Assembly (NCBI RefSeq): GCF_018977255.1
Contig: NW_024704742.1
Location: forward strand, 15,626,001 to 15,690,000
Reading direction: 5' to 3'
DNA length: 64,000 nt
Source: Callorhinchus milii
Taxonomy: Eukaryota
The position numbers and the translations under genes were made by a program. Numbering within the stretch: the stretch's first letter is position 1; each line of letters begins with the position of its first letter. Shown here in pieces: positions 14,101-27,743 of this stretch. The notes beneath the pieces were generated by a model. The model searched no databases. It saw only the letters and a program-made list of their open reading frames with translations, and was not told where the DNA came from.

Positions 14101-15370
14101 TGTAAACAAAAAATGAAAATGTTTACTTTCAAGAAAGGACTCCACTACTGAAACTAAACATAAATGGATCTTTAGTATTATCTCTCACAATAACACTGAA
14201 TACTCTTTCCCACTCCACCCCTTCCCATATGTGAGAAAAATAAATTGCATCTGTCTCATAGTTGAAGTCAAGGTTTATATTTTCTTCCATAAATGTTTTA
14301 CATTAGAAATGTCTTTTCTTTTCTAAAAATACCCTGTTTTCCCCCCAAAATTCACTGAAGCCCAATATTTCTCATGTTCTTTTTAAGAAATGCAGAAGTC
14401 CACCATTCAAATTAAAACTGAAATAATGATTTTTGTTTATATTTTTGCACAATCTTTTAAAAGAATGGATTTAAGGCCATGCCCACGAGACATTTCAGCT
14501 TTATGATTCAAAACTGAAGTTCACAAAAATGGTACATCTTAAGAGGATTACGCTGTACAGATTCTTTTTAAACAAATATCCAAACCAATATTCCATTACA
14601 AACATCTGCTCATATAGTGAGAAGCTTACTGACACATCATTGGAAGATTTACAAATGCTAAAGAGCAAGTGAAGTCCACTTTCTGATTTATAGTCATCTC
14701 ATCTTAAATTCTGTAAATTACTCAGGATTTGTTGCTTTCTTGGGCATAAACATTTATCCTGAAACAAGACATTTGAAAAGGCTTTAAACACACATTACAA
14801 CTTCCACCTCCAACTCACTGTTTTATTTACCCAATGTAACAGGTTGAGGATTGAACTAGTAATTCTACTCCAAACAAAACCATTTATAATCCTATTTTTA
14901 ATCCGGTGATTATTATGGAAACAAACACTGTGATAGAACAGCTTCCACTCAGTTTACTTTGCAAAAATTACATGAAAAAAAATCTGCCTATTTCAAAGCT
15001 CCATGTTCTCAAATTGTTTTTTTCGTTCTGTAAACATGGTATACATCCCAAGTTATATCTGTCAAAAAGAATGAAGGATGGGCTTGCTGGCCTTTTCTCA
15101 ATTATTTATTTATAAATTTCAAGCATCATAAAACAAAATCTACAGCAAGTGTAACAATACAGAACTAAATTTATATGCCAAATTAAGAATATAAACAATA
15201 AATCCCTGAGCAGTTCCAAATTAAAAACAGAACAAAACTTATTAGAAGTTCATAAAAACAGAGCAAATCAAAAGGATTGTCTATCCAACCAAAGCCAAAA
15301 TTGAACACCCACCAAGAATGGGGAAAAAAAGAATCCTGCTTCGGAGCAGTAATGGAAAATTCCAATATCC

Positions 15371-16985
15371 AGACATAAGAACATAAGAATTAGGAGCAGG
15401 AGTAGGCCATTCGGCCCCTCTAGCCTGCCCCGCCATTCAATAAGATCATGGCTGATCTATTCTAAACTCCACCTACCCGCCTTATCCTCATATCCTTTAA
15501 TCCCTATATCTGCAAGAAATCTATCAATCTCAGTCTTGAATATGTTCAAGGACTGAGCATCTACAGCTCTTTGGGGTAGAGAATTCCATAAATTTCACTA
15601 CCTTCTGAGTGAAGAAGATTTTCCTCAACTCAGTGCGAAAGGGATTAGCCCTAATTTTAAGACTGTTTATAGTTTCTCCAACCAGGGGAAAAAGTCTCCC
15701 ACTATCTATTCTGTCGTGCCCCTCAATAATCTTATAGGTTTCTATAAGATCACCTCTCATTCTTCTATATTCTAAATTGCTCAACCTATCCTCATAACTC
15801 ATCCTCCTCATCCCTGGTACCAACCTAGTGAATCTACATTGTACCCCGTCCAAGGCGAGTACATCCTTTCTTAAATAAGGAGACCAAAACTGCACACAAT
15901 ACTCTAGGTGCGGTCTCACTAGAGCCCTATACAGTTGCAGCAAGACTTCCTTATTTTATATTCTAACCCTTTTGTAACAAATGCCAACATACCGTTAGCC
16001 TTCCTAACTGCTTGCTGTACCTTCAAACTAACTTTTTGTGACTGGTGTACAAGGACACCCAAGTCCCTCTGAACGCTAACACTATCTAGTGTCTCCCCAT
16101 CTAAACAATAATCTGCTCCACTGTTTTTGCCACCTAGGTGGATGACCTCACACTTCCCGACATTATACTTCATCTGCCACCTATTTGCCCACTCACCTAG
16201 CCTATCTATATTCATTGCATTTTTTTAATGTCACCCTCGGTGTTTACTCTTCCTCCTGGTTTGATGTCATCCGCGAATTTGGATATATTAAGTTTGTTGT
16301 CCTCATCTAGATCTTTGATGTAGATAGTAAATAGTTGAGGCCCAAGCATTGATCCTTGTGGCACTCCACTAGTCACATCCCGCCAATCTGAAAAGGACCC
16401 GTTTATCCCTACTCTTTGTTTACTTTCTGTTAGCCATTTTTCAATCCATGCTATTATATTCCCCTTAATTCCATGGGCCCTAATCTTGTGAATCAACCTT
16501 TTATGCGGCACCTTATCGAATGCCTTTTGGAAATCTAAATACACTACATCCACTGATTCCTCCCTATTGCGGAGTCCTGTAGCTCATGGTTAGAGCACTC
16601 GCTTTGCAAGTGAGAGACCTGAGTTCAATTCCAGGCAGGGCGAAACCTTGGGCAAGTTTCCTTACTCCACACGCCTAATAATAATCCCTCCAAAAAAAAA
16701 AAAAAACAATAATAAATTGGTCATTTTCAATCTATGACTGTTTGTGGGACATTGCTGTGCGCAATTGGCTGCCGCGTTCGCCCACAAATATACAGTCAAC
16801 TCACTTTACAGTATATTCTGTGAAGCGCTTTGGGACGTCCTCCCGACGTGAAAAGCGCTATATCAAATGCAAGGATTATTATTATTATTATTATTACTTG
16901 ATATGTCCTCACAAAAATCTAAAAGATTTGTTAAGCATGACTTCCCTTTTGTAAAGCCATGTTGACTCTGTCTAATCATAGTCCT
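15371..16985 (-). mobile_element. CR1 LINE 3' half (RT domain, frameshifted), interrupted by a SINE
   Basis: DVVYLDFQKAFDKVPH, SGVPQGS.LGP, KFADD, LVRPHLEYCVQFWSP; (TTCTTATG)n tail. Confidence 0.95.
16571..16896 (+). mobile_element. tRNA-Ala(TGC)-derived SINE, young short subfamily (Deu-like body, L2-type tail)
   Basis: A/B boxes, gtgggacattgctgtgcgcaattggctgccgcg body, (ATT)n tail; near-identical copies elsewhere in the window. Confidence 0.92.
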
Positions 16986-18892
16986 GTCATGTCTAGTTTT
17001 CCAATAGCCACATTGGAAAAGCATCACAAGGATCTATTTGGCAATGCTGAAATCAAATAGCAGATAAAAGTAGGATTCACAAACTATTGTTTGTTAAGCT
17101 GTCCCTCTCCTAAGGGACTGATACTCGGGTGCATTCCACAAATGCTGGTTTACCTTGGGTATCTCACTCAAAAATTAACCCAATGAGTCAGGACTGCTAA
17201 CCCAAAATAACCGGGTTGTTATTTTATGTTTTATGAATAAACTCAACTTTAATAGCCCTTACATGTGGCTCAGTACTGGGCAATACATTTACCAGTTGAA
17301 ACATCAGTCAGCTGTGGAAAATTATTCTTACACTTATCTAATACCAATGTGAATAATTCTTTGCATATTCCTTAAATGATTTTCCAAGTCAGGCTGTTTG
17401 GTTAATTTTTTATGTAATTTACTCATCCTTTGATTTTAGTAATTGAAATGGTGTATGACAGCTGTAAAAGCAACTGGATCAAACAATATGTACAAAGCAG
17501 TTCACGCCAATATGATTAAATCTAATTTGGACAGCTGGAATTGGGTGTGTTTTACAATGATTTCTCAAGCTCATTCAGCTTGGTCGCCCTTTACGCTTGA
17601 TAACCCCAAATGTTTGCATACAAAAGGTTTAATTTGATTTAATGCCCACTTCATCCAGTGCTTTTTGATGCAATTTGCTAGAACAGTACAAATTATGGTC
17701 GGACACGTTATAATCAAATTGTGCTGTAGCCTGGCTGCTGGAAGCAAATGCTACTGGCAGCATTAATGTCTGTTTTTAAGGTGGACTTTCCAGCCTTCTT
17801 CAAGTTCTCCCTGAAATTAGGCGAGCCTTCAATGACTCCCTACTCATTGTGGGTCCCTGTGGTGGTGGGCCTTAGAATCAAAGCTCCATTAAACTCAGAA
17901 TTTAAAACAGCAGTCTCTCAGAGATTGTAAAATCTCAAGACACTGTAAGACCAGATCCGTAGCAAGACTCCATGGTCATGCCTTTCAGTTGGCTACTGTG
18001 ATCAGGCATCTGTGGATAGCACAATTGCCAGCGCATAAAGTGTGCCCTCAAGCTGGTGACTTAGCCTTGTACATAATCTTCTGCAGGTTAAGGGCTGAAG
18101 TGCCCTACAATATATTTAATTAGAAGCAAAGAAATACTGAACATTTGTGTTTAATGGTCTATTCAATAATCGTCTAGCCATAGATATCTATGCGGCTGTA
18201 TAAAATATAAACAGCCTGACTCAATCCCTGAAAGAATTTAGAAGGTAACAATAAATTGATTTTCTTGACTCATTGTGCTAGTTAAATGATTCAGCTTCAT
18301 GAACACTGAGTTCTCAATTCTCACTGTGATATCAAGGGAGCTTCAGAGTGCATCAAGGGAGGGCAAAAATCAGCATTTGAGTCACCTAGCCTGCTTTCAT
18401 TTTTCGGTATCAGATGGATTATTAAGAGACTGCAATGTTCAACAGTCATGATCTGATCCTAGGTTCTTGTCAAAGTTTTTTGTGTTTTCGACTCTTCGTT
18501 AAATTGTTTTAAGAAATCTAGGATTCTCCAATGGTTAGTAGATACAGTTTTGGTTTAGAAAAAGAACATTGCTTTTTTATAAAGCTTTTTACACAAAAAA
18601 AACTCTACAGTAATTTCTGTCAAGTGTAGTGTCTATTTTTCAGATAAATCAGGATCCCATAAACAGTAATCAGGTGAATCTTATCTGAGGGATTGTTGAC
18701 CAGGACACCTAGAGAAAATCGGTTCTCATTTTCAAATACGGTGATATCTACATGAAAACAGACAGAATTCAGTTTATGCCAAAAATAGCACCTGACGATG
18801 TGGTGCTCCACCAACACTACAATGAAGTCTCCTTATATTTGGTATAGTGCCTTTCACTTTGGGAGGGATCCCAAAGCTCTTCACAGGATATA

Positions 18893-19206
18893 TAATAATA
18901 ATAATAATCCTTGCATTTGATATAGCGCTTTTCACATCTTCTAGACGTCCCAAAGCGCTTCACAGAATATACTGTAGTGAATTGACTGTATATTTGTGGG
19001 CAAACGCGGCAGCCAATTGCGCACAGCAGTGTCCCACAAACAGTCATGGATTGAAAATGACCAATTTATTATTGTTTTTTTTTTGGAGGGATTATTATTA
19101 GGCGTGTGGAGTAAGGAAACTTGCCCAAGGTTTCGTCCTGCCTGGAATTGAACTCAGGTCTCTCACTAGCAAAGCGAATGCTCTAACCACTGAGCTGCAG
19201 GACTCC
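18893..19206 (-). mobile_element. tRNA-derived SINE, young short subfamily
   Basis: Reverse complement of the 16571 and 33979 copies. Confidence 0.92.
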
Positions 19207-19339
19207 ACTATATTGTATAAAGTGGAGCGATTATGTGTTCTGTGGGCAAACATGGCTGCCAATTTGTGCACAGCAAAGTCCCACAAACAGCCATGAAGTA
19301 CAAAAGTAACCAAATAATTCAAAATTTGAATAAAAATTA

Positions 19340-20070
19340 TTGATACTCACTAATCTAAGATGCAGTGCTGGGGGCGGCTGCATTATTGGAGATGCTGCCC
19401 TTCAGATAAATTTTAAACTGTGGTTCTGTCTGCCTGTTCAGGTGGACATTAAGTATCCCATTCGCGACCATATCACTCCCACCCTCGCTCGCCTCCACTG
19501 GCTTCCCATCCCCCCGAGGATCGAATTCAAGATCCTCATCCTCACCTACAAGGTCATTCACGGCCTTGCACATCCCTACCTCTCCGACCTACTATCCCCC
19601 TACCTACCTGCCCATACCCTCCGTTCCTCTGGCTCCGGTCTGCTCCACATCCCCCGCCCCAACCGCCCTACCATCGGTGGCCGGGCCTTCAGCCTCTCAG
19701 CCTCTAGGCTCTGGAACTCTATCCCCCAGTGCCTTCGCCTTGCCTCCTCCCTTTCCTCCTTCAAGGCCGGTCTCAAGACATTTCTCTTTGACCGTGCCTT
19801 CAGCTCCCCTCTCGACTCTCTACCCCCTCCTCGCTCCCTCCCTTCCCTCACCCTGACCATTTCTCCTGACCCAACTGTCCAGCGCCTTAGGACCTCCTCC
19901 CGACGCTCTATAAATGAAATCTTGTTGTTGTTGTTGTTGTGGGACATTGTTCTGTGCAAATTGGCTGCAGTTCACTCACAAAACTCCACTTTACGATATA
20001 TCCTTGTAGATCGCTTTGGGACAGCCTGCCAACTTGAAAGGTGCTGTACCAAAATGTAAAGATTATTATT
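19340..20070 (+). mobile_element. Old Deu-type SINE with an L2 3' fragment (~19460-19940) inserted
   Basis: ctgcctgttcaggtggacatt... then L2 LHWLP..RIEFKILIL, then tgtgggacattg..aaattggctgc resumes. Confidence 0.75.
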
Positions 20071-23000
20071 ATTGGGCCAATTTAAAGTTCCTGACTGCTA
20101 GATATCCTCCTGACATGAAAGGTGCTACATAAATGTGTGTTGTTGTTGCTAATCCCCCCACCACTCATTGTATTCAACCTTAAAAAATTCACTCATGTTT
20201 AAATGCTAATCTTCCTCATTTATATATGGAACAGATGTTGCCATACTAAAATTAAAAATTATTTTTTTCACAATTTGTAGCTGAAGTCAAGTTCAAATAG
20301 AACACTCGTCTCATCTAGTATTCAAGCAGTAATGTGTCATTACAATGAAACCTCAGTTTCAGAAAAATAATCTTTTATTGGACCAGTTAAGAATTTTGGC
20401 AGCTATCCTTACAATCTCTCTGAGTGAAATGGCATAATGGTTGAATTATGGTTAATTTCAACCTGTTAATGTGCACCCTCTTGGAAATGGATCGAGTCTG
20501 CCAATCCTTGATTCACTTAGAACAGTTTAGAGCTGGCAGAGAAAGGAGACTTACACCCCATTAGTCTGGTCTCAGAGGTAATGGACAATAAGCTAATCTT
20601 ACAATTCAAGTCAAAAACATGTCTTTTGAGTATCGAAGTAATATAATATTTCAAAAATACCATCTGTGGATTGTTTCACGGTCCACAAAATGGCATTAAA
20701 TTCTTCTTTCCCTCCTCCTTCCTGTATGGTACTGTTAAGTTAAGACTGTTAAATTGGTAAATTGTTTATAAACTTTACTTGTAAACAAAGCATAGAAAAA
20801 TAAGGCAAGCATTTTTTTTGCAAACCACTGTACGTTTAAACTTACTCCACGGTTAATAATGTTTCATGATTAAAACTTGTATCTGTAGCTTAGTTTGAGT
20901 AATATATGCTCTTGTTGGCTTCAGCATGTATGTTGTCAGTCCAAAACAATTTCACTAAGCTCATTGCATAACTTTAAAATCTGGGTTTTGATACCATAAC
21001 TGACCAATCAACACATTTTGATGATGCCTTTTTGCTGAGAATAAAATGTGCACATAATACTGTATACACAGTGAATTCCTCTGATAGCTTAGTGGATACA
21101 AAAATGGTCTCATTTGAAGCTAAGCGATGCAAACTTGTACAGTCCCAGTCTTGCTCCCCAGCTTATGGCGAAGCTGGCTTTAGCTTAGACACCAGCATTA
21201 GTTGATCCTTTGGGACTTTACTTAATGACTATACTGTCACGTGAAATACAGCCATGAGGATGAAGCCCTGGGGGTGGCGGGGGGGGCGGGGGGTGGTGCC
21301 CATGGATGTTAATACCTTCAAGAACAGTGGAAATAAAATTTGATGGGGGCGGGAAAAAAACATAATTTTAAAGTATCTTACATTAGGCACATGTGATCAC
21401 ATTTAATGGATTACTGCTGCAATATTAGGTCATTTTTGTGCTCAGACATGAGATGAAAGAGGAAAACTGGATGTCAAGTTGAACACTTCCTGGCTTCAAT
21501 GGTAAGGTGAATAAAACATAAAAATATTGCAGGATATTACAAAAGTACAATAGTCTTGCAGTGGGCAGGGCTATTGTAGTTCTGAAAAGAACAAAAGGTA
21601 TAAAAAGCATTTGGGCTTTCCGCATCTCTCTCTGGAACTCTATCCCAGAGTCTCTCTGCTCCCCCTTCCTCCTTCACCACATTAATAAAAGACTTATTTC
21701 TTTCCCGGTGGTATTGATCATCTTTCCCCTTCCTGCCAACCTTGCTCCAACCCCCAGCTCAGGAGCTAAGACAGGATTGTTAAGCACATTGGAACATCCT
21801 CGCAACGTGAAAGGCTCTACATAAATGTAAATATGTATTGTATTGTACCCACTGGGAGTATACTAAATGTTGAAAGAATGATTCAAATTGAAGTCAGAGC
21901 CTGGCATAGCACAAGTTGAAGTTTTGTTTATTATTCAGAATTCCTGCATCACAAATTGAATGTGGGAAAAGGTTCATGACTACAATGCTCCCAATAACAG
22001 TAGCAGCTTTAGAAATGTTAATCCAAACAGATGAAATGCAGTTTAATTTTAAATTAATTTTAATCCGAACAGCTGTCAGGCATCACAGTAGGTTACTATT
22101 CTTATGACTGTATAGACACAGTATTTACGTAGGACTGAACACATATTTCTGTTCATTTATTTTGTTGGCATTCTAAAATTAATTACTGCTGTTTGATTAT
22201 GGGCGGTGTTCCTAAAGGCACCTGATTCCATATTTAATAGACTGAATTAATGTGTGTTTCGAAATACATACCCCTCCCAACTATCTGGAAGCAGTCAATT
22301 CCATCAAATTCCATCTTGGCAGAGATCATTTCCAAGACTTGAAATATTTCCTTTGTGAGCTCATTCAGTCGATACTGACTTAACTCAATCGAAGTTAGAG
22401 CTACAACATTACTGCAAATAAGCCTAGAGAAACCAATTCCTGCACCTGCAAACTTCAATCAAAGACTTGGTGTAATCTTCTGGCCTGCTTTTCATTGGCC
22501 TGATTTTCAAAATATAAACTGCTATATGAGGATATTTTCTTTTAAATTTTGCAGCTGCAAACTATTTGAACCCATCAAGGTGGCAGAAACACAAGATAAT
22601 TGTACATGCTTCAGGCCAGATCAGTAACAACTATTTTGGAACATCTGGTTAAGTAGCCCAGACTATGGCACCGCTTCTTGAGGCAACTTAATCCCCATAA
22701 CATGAAGTAACTGGACTTTCTTTCCAGGGGTGCAGGAATTTATGACCAGTTCCTTTTTCTTCAAACCTCAATAGTTTCCAAATTAAAAAGTCACAACAGC
22801 TGCAACTTTCTAACCATCTCTGTGTCCTTTGTGATATTGGGAAAGAAAGGAGAGGTACATTTTGGGGTTTGTGTGCCTCTGCATAAACATACATTGAATA
22901 TCTCTGTATAAAACATGGGAGTATAAGCTGCTGTAATGGAAACATATTAGTAATGTTCTGATGCCTGGAAAAATGTTATGATGACCCTTGAAAACACTGC

Positions 23001-23259
23001 TCTAAATTGATCTACTTCTGGAAAGGAGAGTTGACAAGAATTCTAATGAGATTACTTAGTAAGAAATTGTTTTCAGAAATACTGGAAATTAGACCCTACT
23101 AGAGCAAAACCATCACAAATAATTACGTACACATAGGAAAAATAGGCCCATCGACCCTGCTCTGCCATTAAAACTAAAGCAATGCTAAAATTGTCCTACG
23201 TGTGCACGTAGTGTTAGATTTTGAAGGCTCTTAAAGAAGTGTTTATGCACCTTTTCTAT

Positions 23260-23520
23260 AATAATAATTCTTGCATTTGATATAGCACCTTATCATGTCA
23301 TCGAGATATTTCAAAGCACTTTGCAGGATATACTGATATACTGTAAAGTAGATTGACTGTATTTTGTGGGCGAGTGTGGTAGCCAATTTGCACACAGCAA
23401 TGTCCCACAAACAACCATGGAGTGCGTAACTAATTTTATTTGGAAGACTGTTGGCCACGAACCAGGGAGAAACTCCCTTCTCTTTTCGAATCCAATGGAA
23501 CAGGCAGACGGACCATACTT
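23260..23520 (-). mobile_element. Deu-type SINE 3' fragment
   Basis: Tail and body similar to the other copies. Confidence 0.75.
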
Positions 23521-26020
23521 CTGAAAACAACTACAAGCATGTACTATTATTTACTATTTTCTTTTTGAATATTAGCCCTAAATTCTCATCCTTCCTTTCA
23601 TATTGACCTGTCCTCAAGAGATGCATTAAATCAATGGATATCCACAAAGATTTATTTAGGGTAATAAACAAACAATTATTTAATGCTGATGGAAATTTAA
23701 GTGTTGCAATGAGAAAATAATGTACTTAGAAGGGTACTTAAGCACTGGGGAGGAGACAAACAGCATGGGCAGTATCAGCTGGCCCCAGCTGTCTAGAACA
23801 CAAGTCTTAAACTGCCGGCAAACAGGATGCAGCAACACCATACAATGATTCATCAGCCTATTATAATAATAATGTCAGAAAGCTGTGGAAAATAATTCCC
23901 AAAACATCAGGGAATCATTTATTGTTTTTCCACTTCCTTCAGTATTAGCATACTTCACAACAACAAAGAAAAACCACTTCAAATGTCCCCAATGAAGTGA
24001 TGCAATTGAGAAGTTAAGAAATGGGGGTGGGTTCTGTGCCCAGGATTTCGTACAGAGCAAATTCCTGATCTCAAGAATCAATAGGAGAGTGACAAGTGGT
24101 TCTAAAACAAGGAGATAGGGATAAACAGAATGATTCATCCTGAGCAAGTGATCAATCCAACTCATCATTTTATCAAGGCTGGAAGTCACTATATGTGATG
24201 TAAATTTGTGACCACATGCTCTTGTATCTGGATTCAATGGTTATACTGGTTCAAATGTTAAGCAACTACTTCTGAGGTTTCGGGGGAGGAGGAGAAAACC
24301 TTTTTCATTGCTTGCATTGTAAATTTCTCTAATTCTATAGTATCTGTTATCTGTTGTCTGGAAAATGTTGCCAATACATTCACAAACTATATGCACAACT
24401 ATGCTGGACATAAAGGACTAAACACCATACTGGGCAGATTTATAGCAGAATCCTTTGATTGAATCAGGTAATTTGAATAAGACTAATATTGTACCACATT
24501 ATTTGAACTGTAATGATGTACAATGTGTACATTATATGAAATAAGGAATAATTTTGTAATGCATATTGTTTGAAATCCTTTACATTCCCACTTCTGTATA
24601 ATAACTATTCATCTGTTTTGAATCTAGCCAGTGTAAAGATTTTAATGTAAATTCTTCAGCCAGTCTGAAAAGTTGTCAGACGACAGTAAATAAAAAAGCG
24701 AATAATTTGTGCATTTCAAATACAAGAAAAAAGCATCATTGAAAGCATTTGTCATTTGTTGTAATACATTGTAATTCTTTTAATTTGTTGTTTTAAATAA
24801 TTACATCTATCATTGAAATCATTGATCTCCTAACACCGAATTGGCCTTTTTATTGATCACAGACATGTGAATTTAATGCTTAAAGTCACTATGCTCTTTG
24901 ATGGAAACAAGTAGCTGTAGAGAGTTACTCAGTAGAGAGGGGGGATATATTATAGAATCTGAGAAATGAATGAGTGATGCATACTTAGAAGCCTCTGACG
25001 TTATTTTTCCACACACTATTTTTTGGAAAGATTGTTCAACATTTTTTCATGTGGGGTTTTTAATGTTTGGACACAGCTTAGCAAATCATCATTATTTTCA
25101 GAGAAGTAGGAAAGAGGAATGGATGAAAGACGTGAAATTTTAATTTAGTTTTCAGAATGAATTTTTCATTCAGCAGCAATTAGTTTATTTCCAGACACTC
25201 ATAAAGTAAAAGTAATCAATGGGACTCATCAGAAAAACATTATTGTCCAAATATAATTTATTATTTAACAACTTGCACAAATTAGGAAGCATTTTTCTGT
25301 CCACATCTACTGAAAATATACAGGGTATACTATTCCTTTGTAACTTGCAGTTAAAATTTGCAGTAGAATAGTTCAGATTACATCAAAGGATCTGTCCTAT
25401 ATGTCGGTACCTATCCATATAGTGAGATCATGTTGCTAACATTAGTGTTCCTCTTTTACAATGCGATTTCCCATTATAAAGACATTGGGAAATGCTCACA
25501 AAACATGACATTAATTTTTCTCTCAATTATTTTGTGGTTTATTGATGATTTCTATTAAAGTTAGTGTTGACAGATATATAACATAAGTGGTGAAGATCTG
25601 TGTTATGATTCAGACCGACTTCTAGAAGACTTACTATCAAAAATTCTGAATCATTATTAAATCAAACACAGCAGTAAGATTCTGCTATATGGTTCATGAA
25701 GTGCCTTTGGCAAATTTATCTAAGTCTATATAATTATCTAATTCTATATAATTATGCTTTGCAGACATAAGAAAACTTGAAACATTCCATATTATGTTGA
25801 ATTTATAGGAAAATCCTGAAGATAAAGCCATTACAGAACATGACCCTACAAGGTTCAATTAAAAGAGAGCAGGAAATGTAGCAGAAAAAAGACTATGTAT
25901 TTTGGTTGCAAGAATATTTAAATGCCAATCCACTTTCAATAACAGTTTGAATATAAAATTCATCTTAATAATTCACTTAAAACAAATTTGATTGTAATAC
26001 AAAGTGACTTGATACCTTAC

Positions 26021-26131
26021 CTGAGGCGTCCATGCCATCATCATTGGTTGAAATGAATTTTTGATTAAGAATGGAATTGAAGTCTTCAAGAAAATCAATC
26101 GAATGCAATGGAGACTTGACTGTACCCTGGT
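26021..26131 (-). CDS. ACOX3: ACOX3 exon 13 (111 nt): DQGTVKSPLHSIDFLEDFNSILNQKFISTNDDGMDAS
   Basis: gttag|...|gtaagg; SPL.S.DFL motif; this acceptor keeps phase 1/1. Confidence 0.9.
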
Positions 26132-26319
26132 CTAACATTGAACAAATTAAGATTTTTAATAGAAAATCCACATAATCGATTTTCAAAAGCATTTGTTTCT
26201 TTTACAGTGCATACTCTACATAATATATACAGTACGCATCATTCTTTAATGTTTTTCCACTTCTCTATACAACGTCTAAAGTAGATATCAACAACAAATG
26301 TAATGAATTGAGTTCAGGA

Positions 26320-26685
26320 GGTTGATGAGTAATCTGATCGAGGTGTATAAAATTATGAAGGAATCTGACAGGCTGGATAGCGAGCAACTGTTTCCTCTGG
26401 CGAGAGAATTGAGGGCTAAAGGCTGTAGCCTCAAACTTGAGGCTAAACTGTTGAAAAGTGAAATAAGGAAACATTTTTTCACATATTCACAGTGGGAGGA
26501 TGGAATTCACTCCCCCAGAGGACAGTGGAGGCAGAGTCAGGTGAGATTTTTAAAAGACAAATAGATAAATACTTGATAGATATGGGTGGGGAGGTGAAAT
26601 TGAGTTGTCAATCGGCCATGATCTTGGAAAATGGTGGGACAGGCTTGATGGGCTGAATGGCCTCCTCCAGTTCCTGTGTTCCAAA
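26320..26685 (+). mobile_element. CR1 3' fragment
   Basis: LIEVYKIM; gggctgaatggcctcctcc end. Confidence 0.8.
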
Positions 26686-27054
26686 TGGTCCAACAGTCAA
26701 TTTTAGAACATCAAAATGGAGTTAAGAAATCTTTTTTTAAAACTTCATGCTATGTTATTTTTGGGTTTATTATATGATTTCTATTAAAGTTAGTGTTGAC
26801 AGATATATAACAATATTAGTGGTGAAGATTTGTGCTATGATTCAGACTGACTTCTAGAAGACTTGCTGTCCAAAATTCTGAATCATTATTAAGTCAACAC
26901 ACAGCAGTGAGATTCTGCTACACAGCTCATGAAGATGGAGTTAAGAAATCTTTTTTTTTTTAAAACTTCATGCTATGTCAACTTAGGGATACATCAGGGA
27001 ATTCTAAGTGCAAAACCTTTATCCAGAAGTGTACCATGATTGTTAAGATCCAGA

Positions 27055-27440
27055 TAATCATAATAATCCTTGCATTTGATATTGTTCTATAGCCACTTTG
27101 CATGACATCTGAAAGAGCTTTGCAGAAAATACCGTAAAGTGTAGTTAGTGACTAACAAATTAATTTTTTTGTGTGGGGGAATGTTTACAGGATACCAGGA
27201 GATACTCCTTTTCTTTTTGAATAATGCCATGGGATCTTTAACATCATCTAAAGAGACAGATGGGACTTCAGTTTAGCATCTCATCCAAAGGATGGCACCT
27301 CCAACAATGCAACACTCCCCAAGCATTACATTAGAATGTCAAGCCGAGACTATACGCTCAAAGTCCCAAAACAGTGCTTGAATCCACAACCTTTTAACTC
27401 AGAGAACAAGAGAGCTATCAGACTTAACCAGGCTGACACT
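27055..27440 (-). mobile_element. Old full-length Deu-type tRNA SINE
   Basis: Tail, gccatgggatcttt, gatggcacctcc, acaaccttttaactcagag head. Confidence 0.75.
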
Positions 27441-27743
27441 TAATAGTTGTTTTCAGACTGGACTAACACATTGCTAAATGGTTTGCAAGTCTACAGACTT
27501 TCACCTTAAAAACACTGGAAGACTTAAACAACAATCTAAATCCTCACACTTAATGACATGTTTAAGCAAGAATTGTGGGTATATGCATGCCTGCTATATT
27601 ATAATACTAAAAATTAAAATAACCTTTAAAATGGGGAGAGCATATCATGGCTACTAAAAACAGAGTGGCAGTAAATTCTGGCAATGCAGCTGTTTTGGTA
27701 CATTACATTCTGTTTTGATGCACCAGATCAGATCTGTATCACC

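Noticed and set aside
15530..16553. Functional reverse transcriptase gene
   Set aside because: Frameshifted, 5'-truncated and SINE-interrupted CR1; the other RT-like ORFs in the track are likewise decayed CR1/L2
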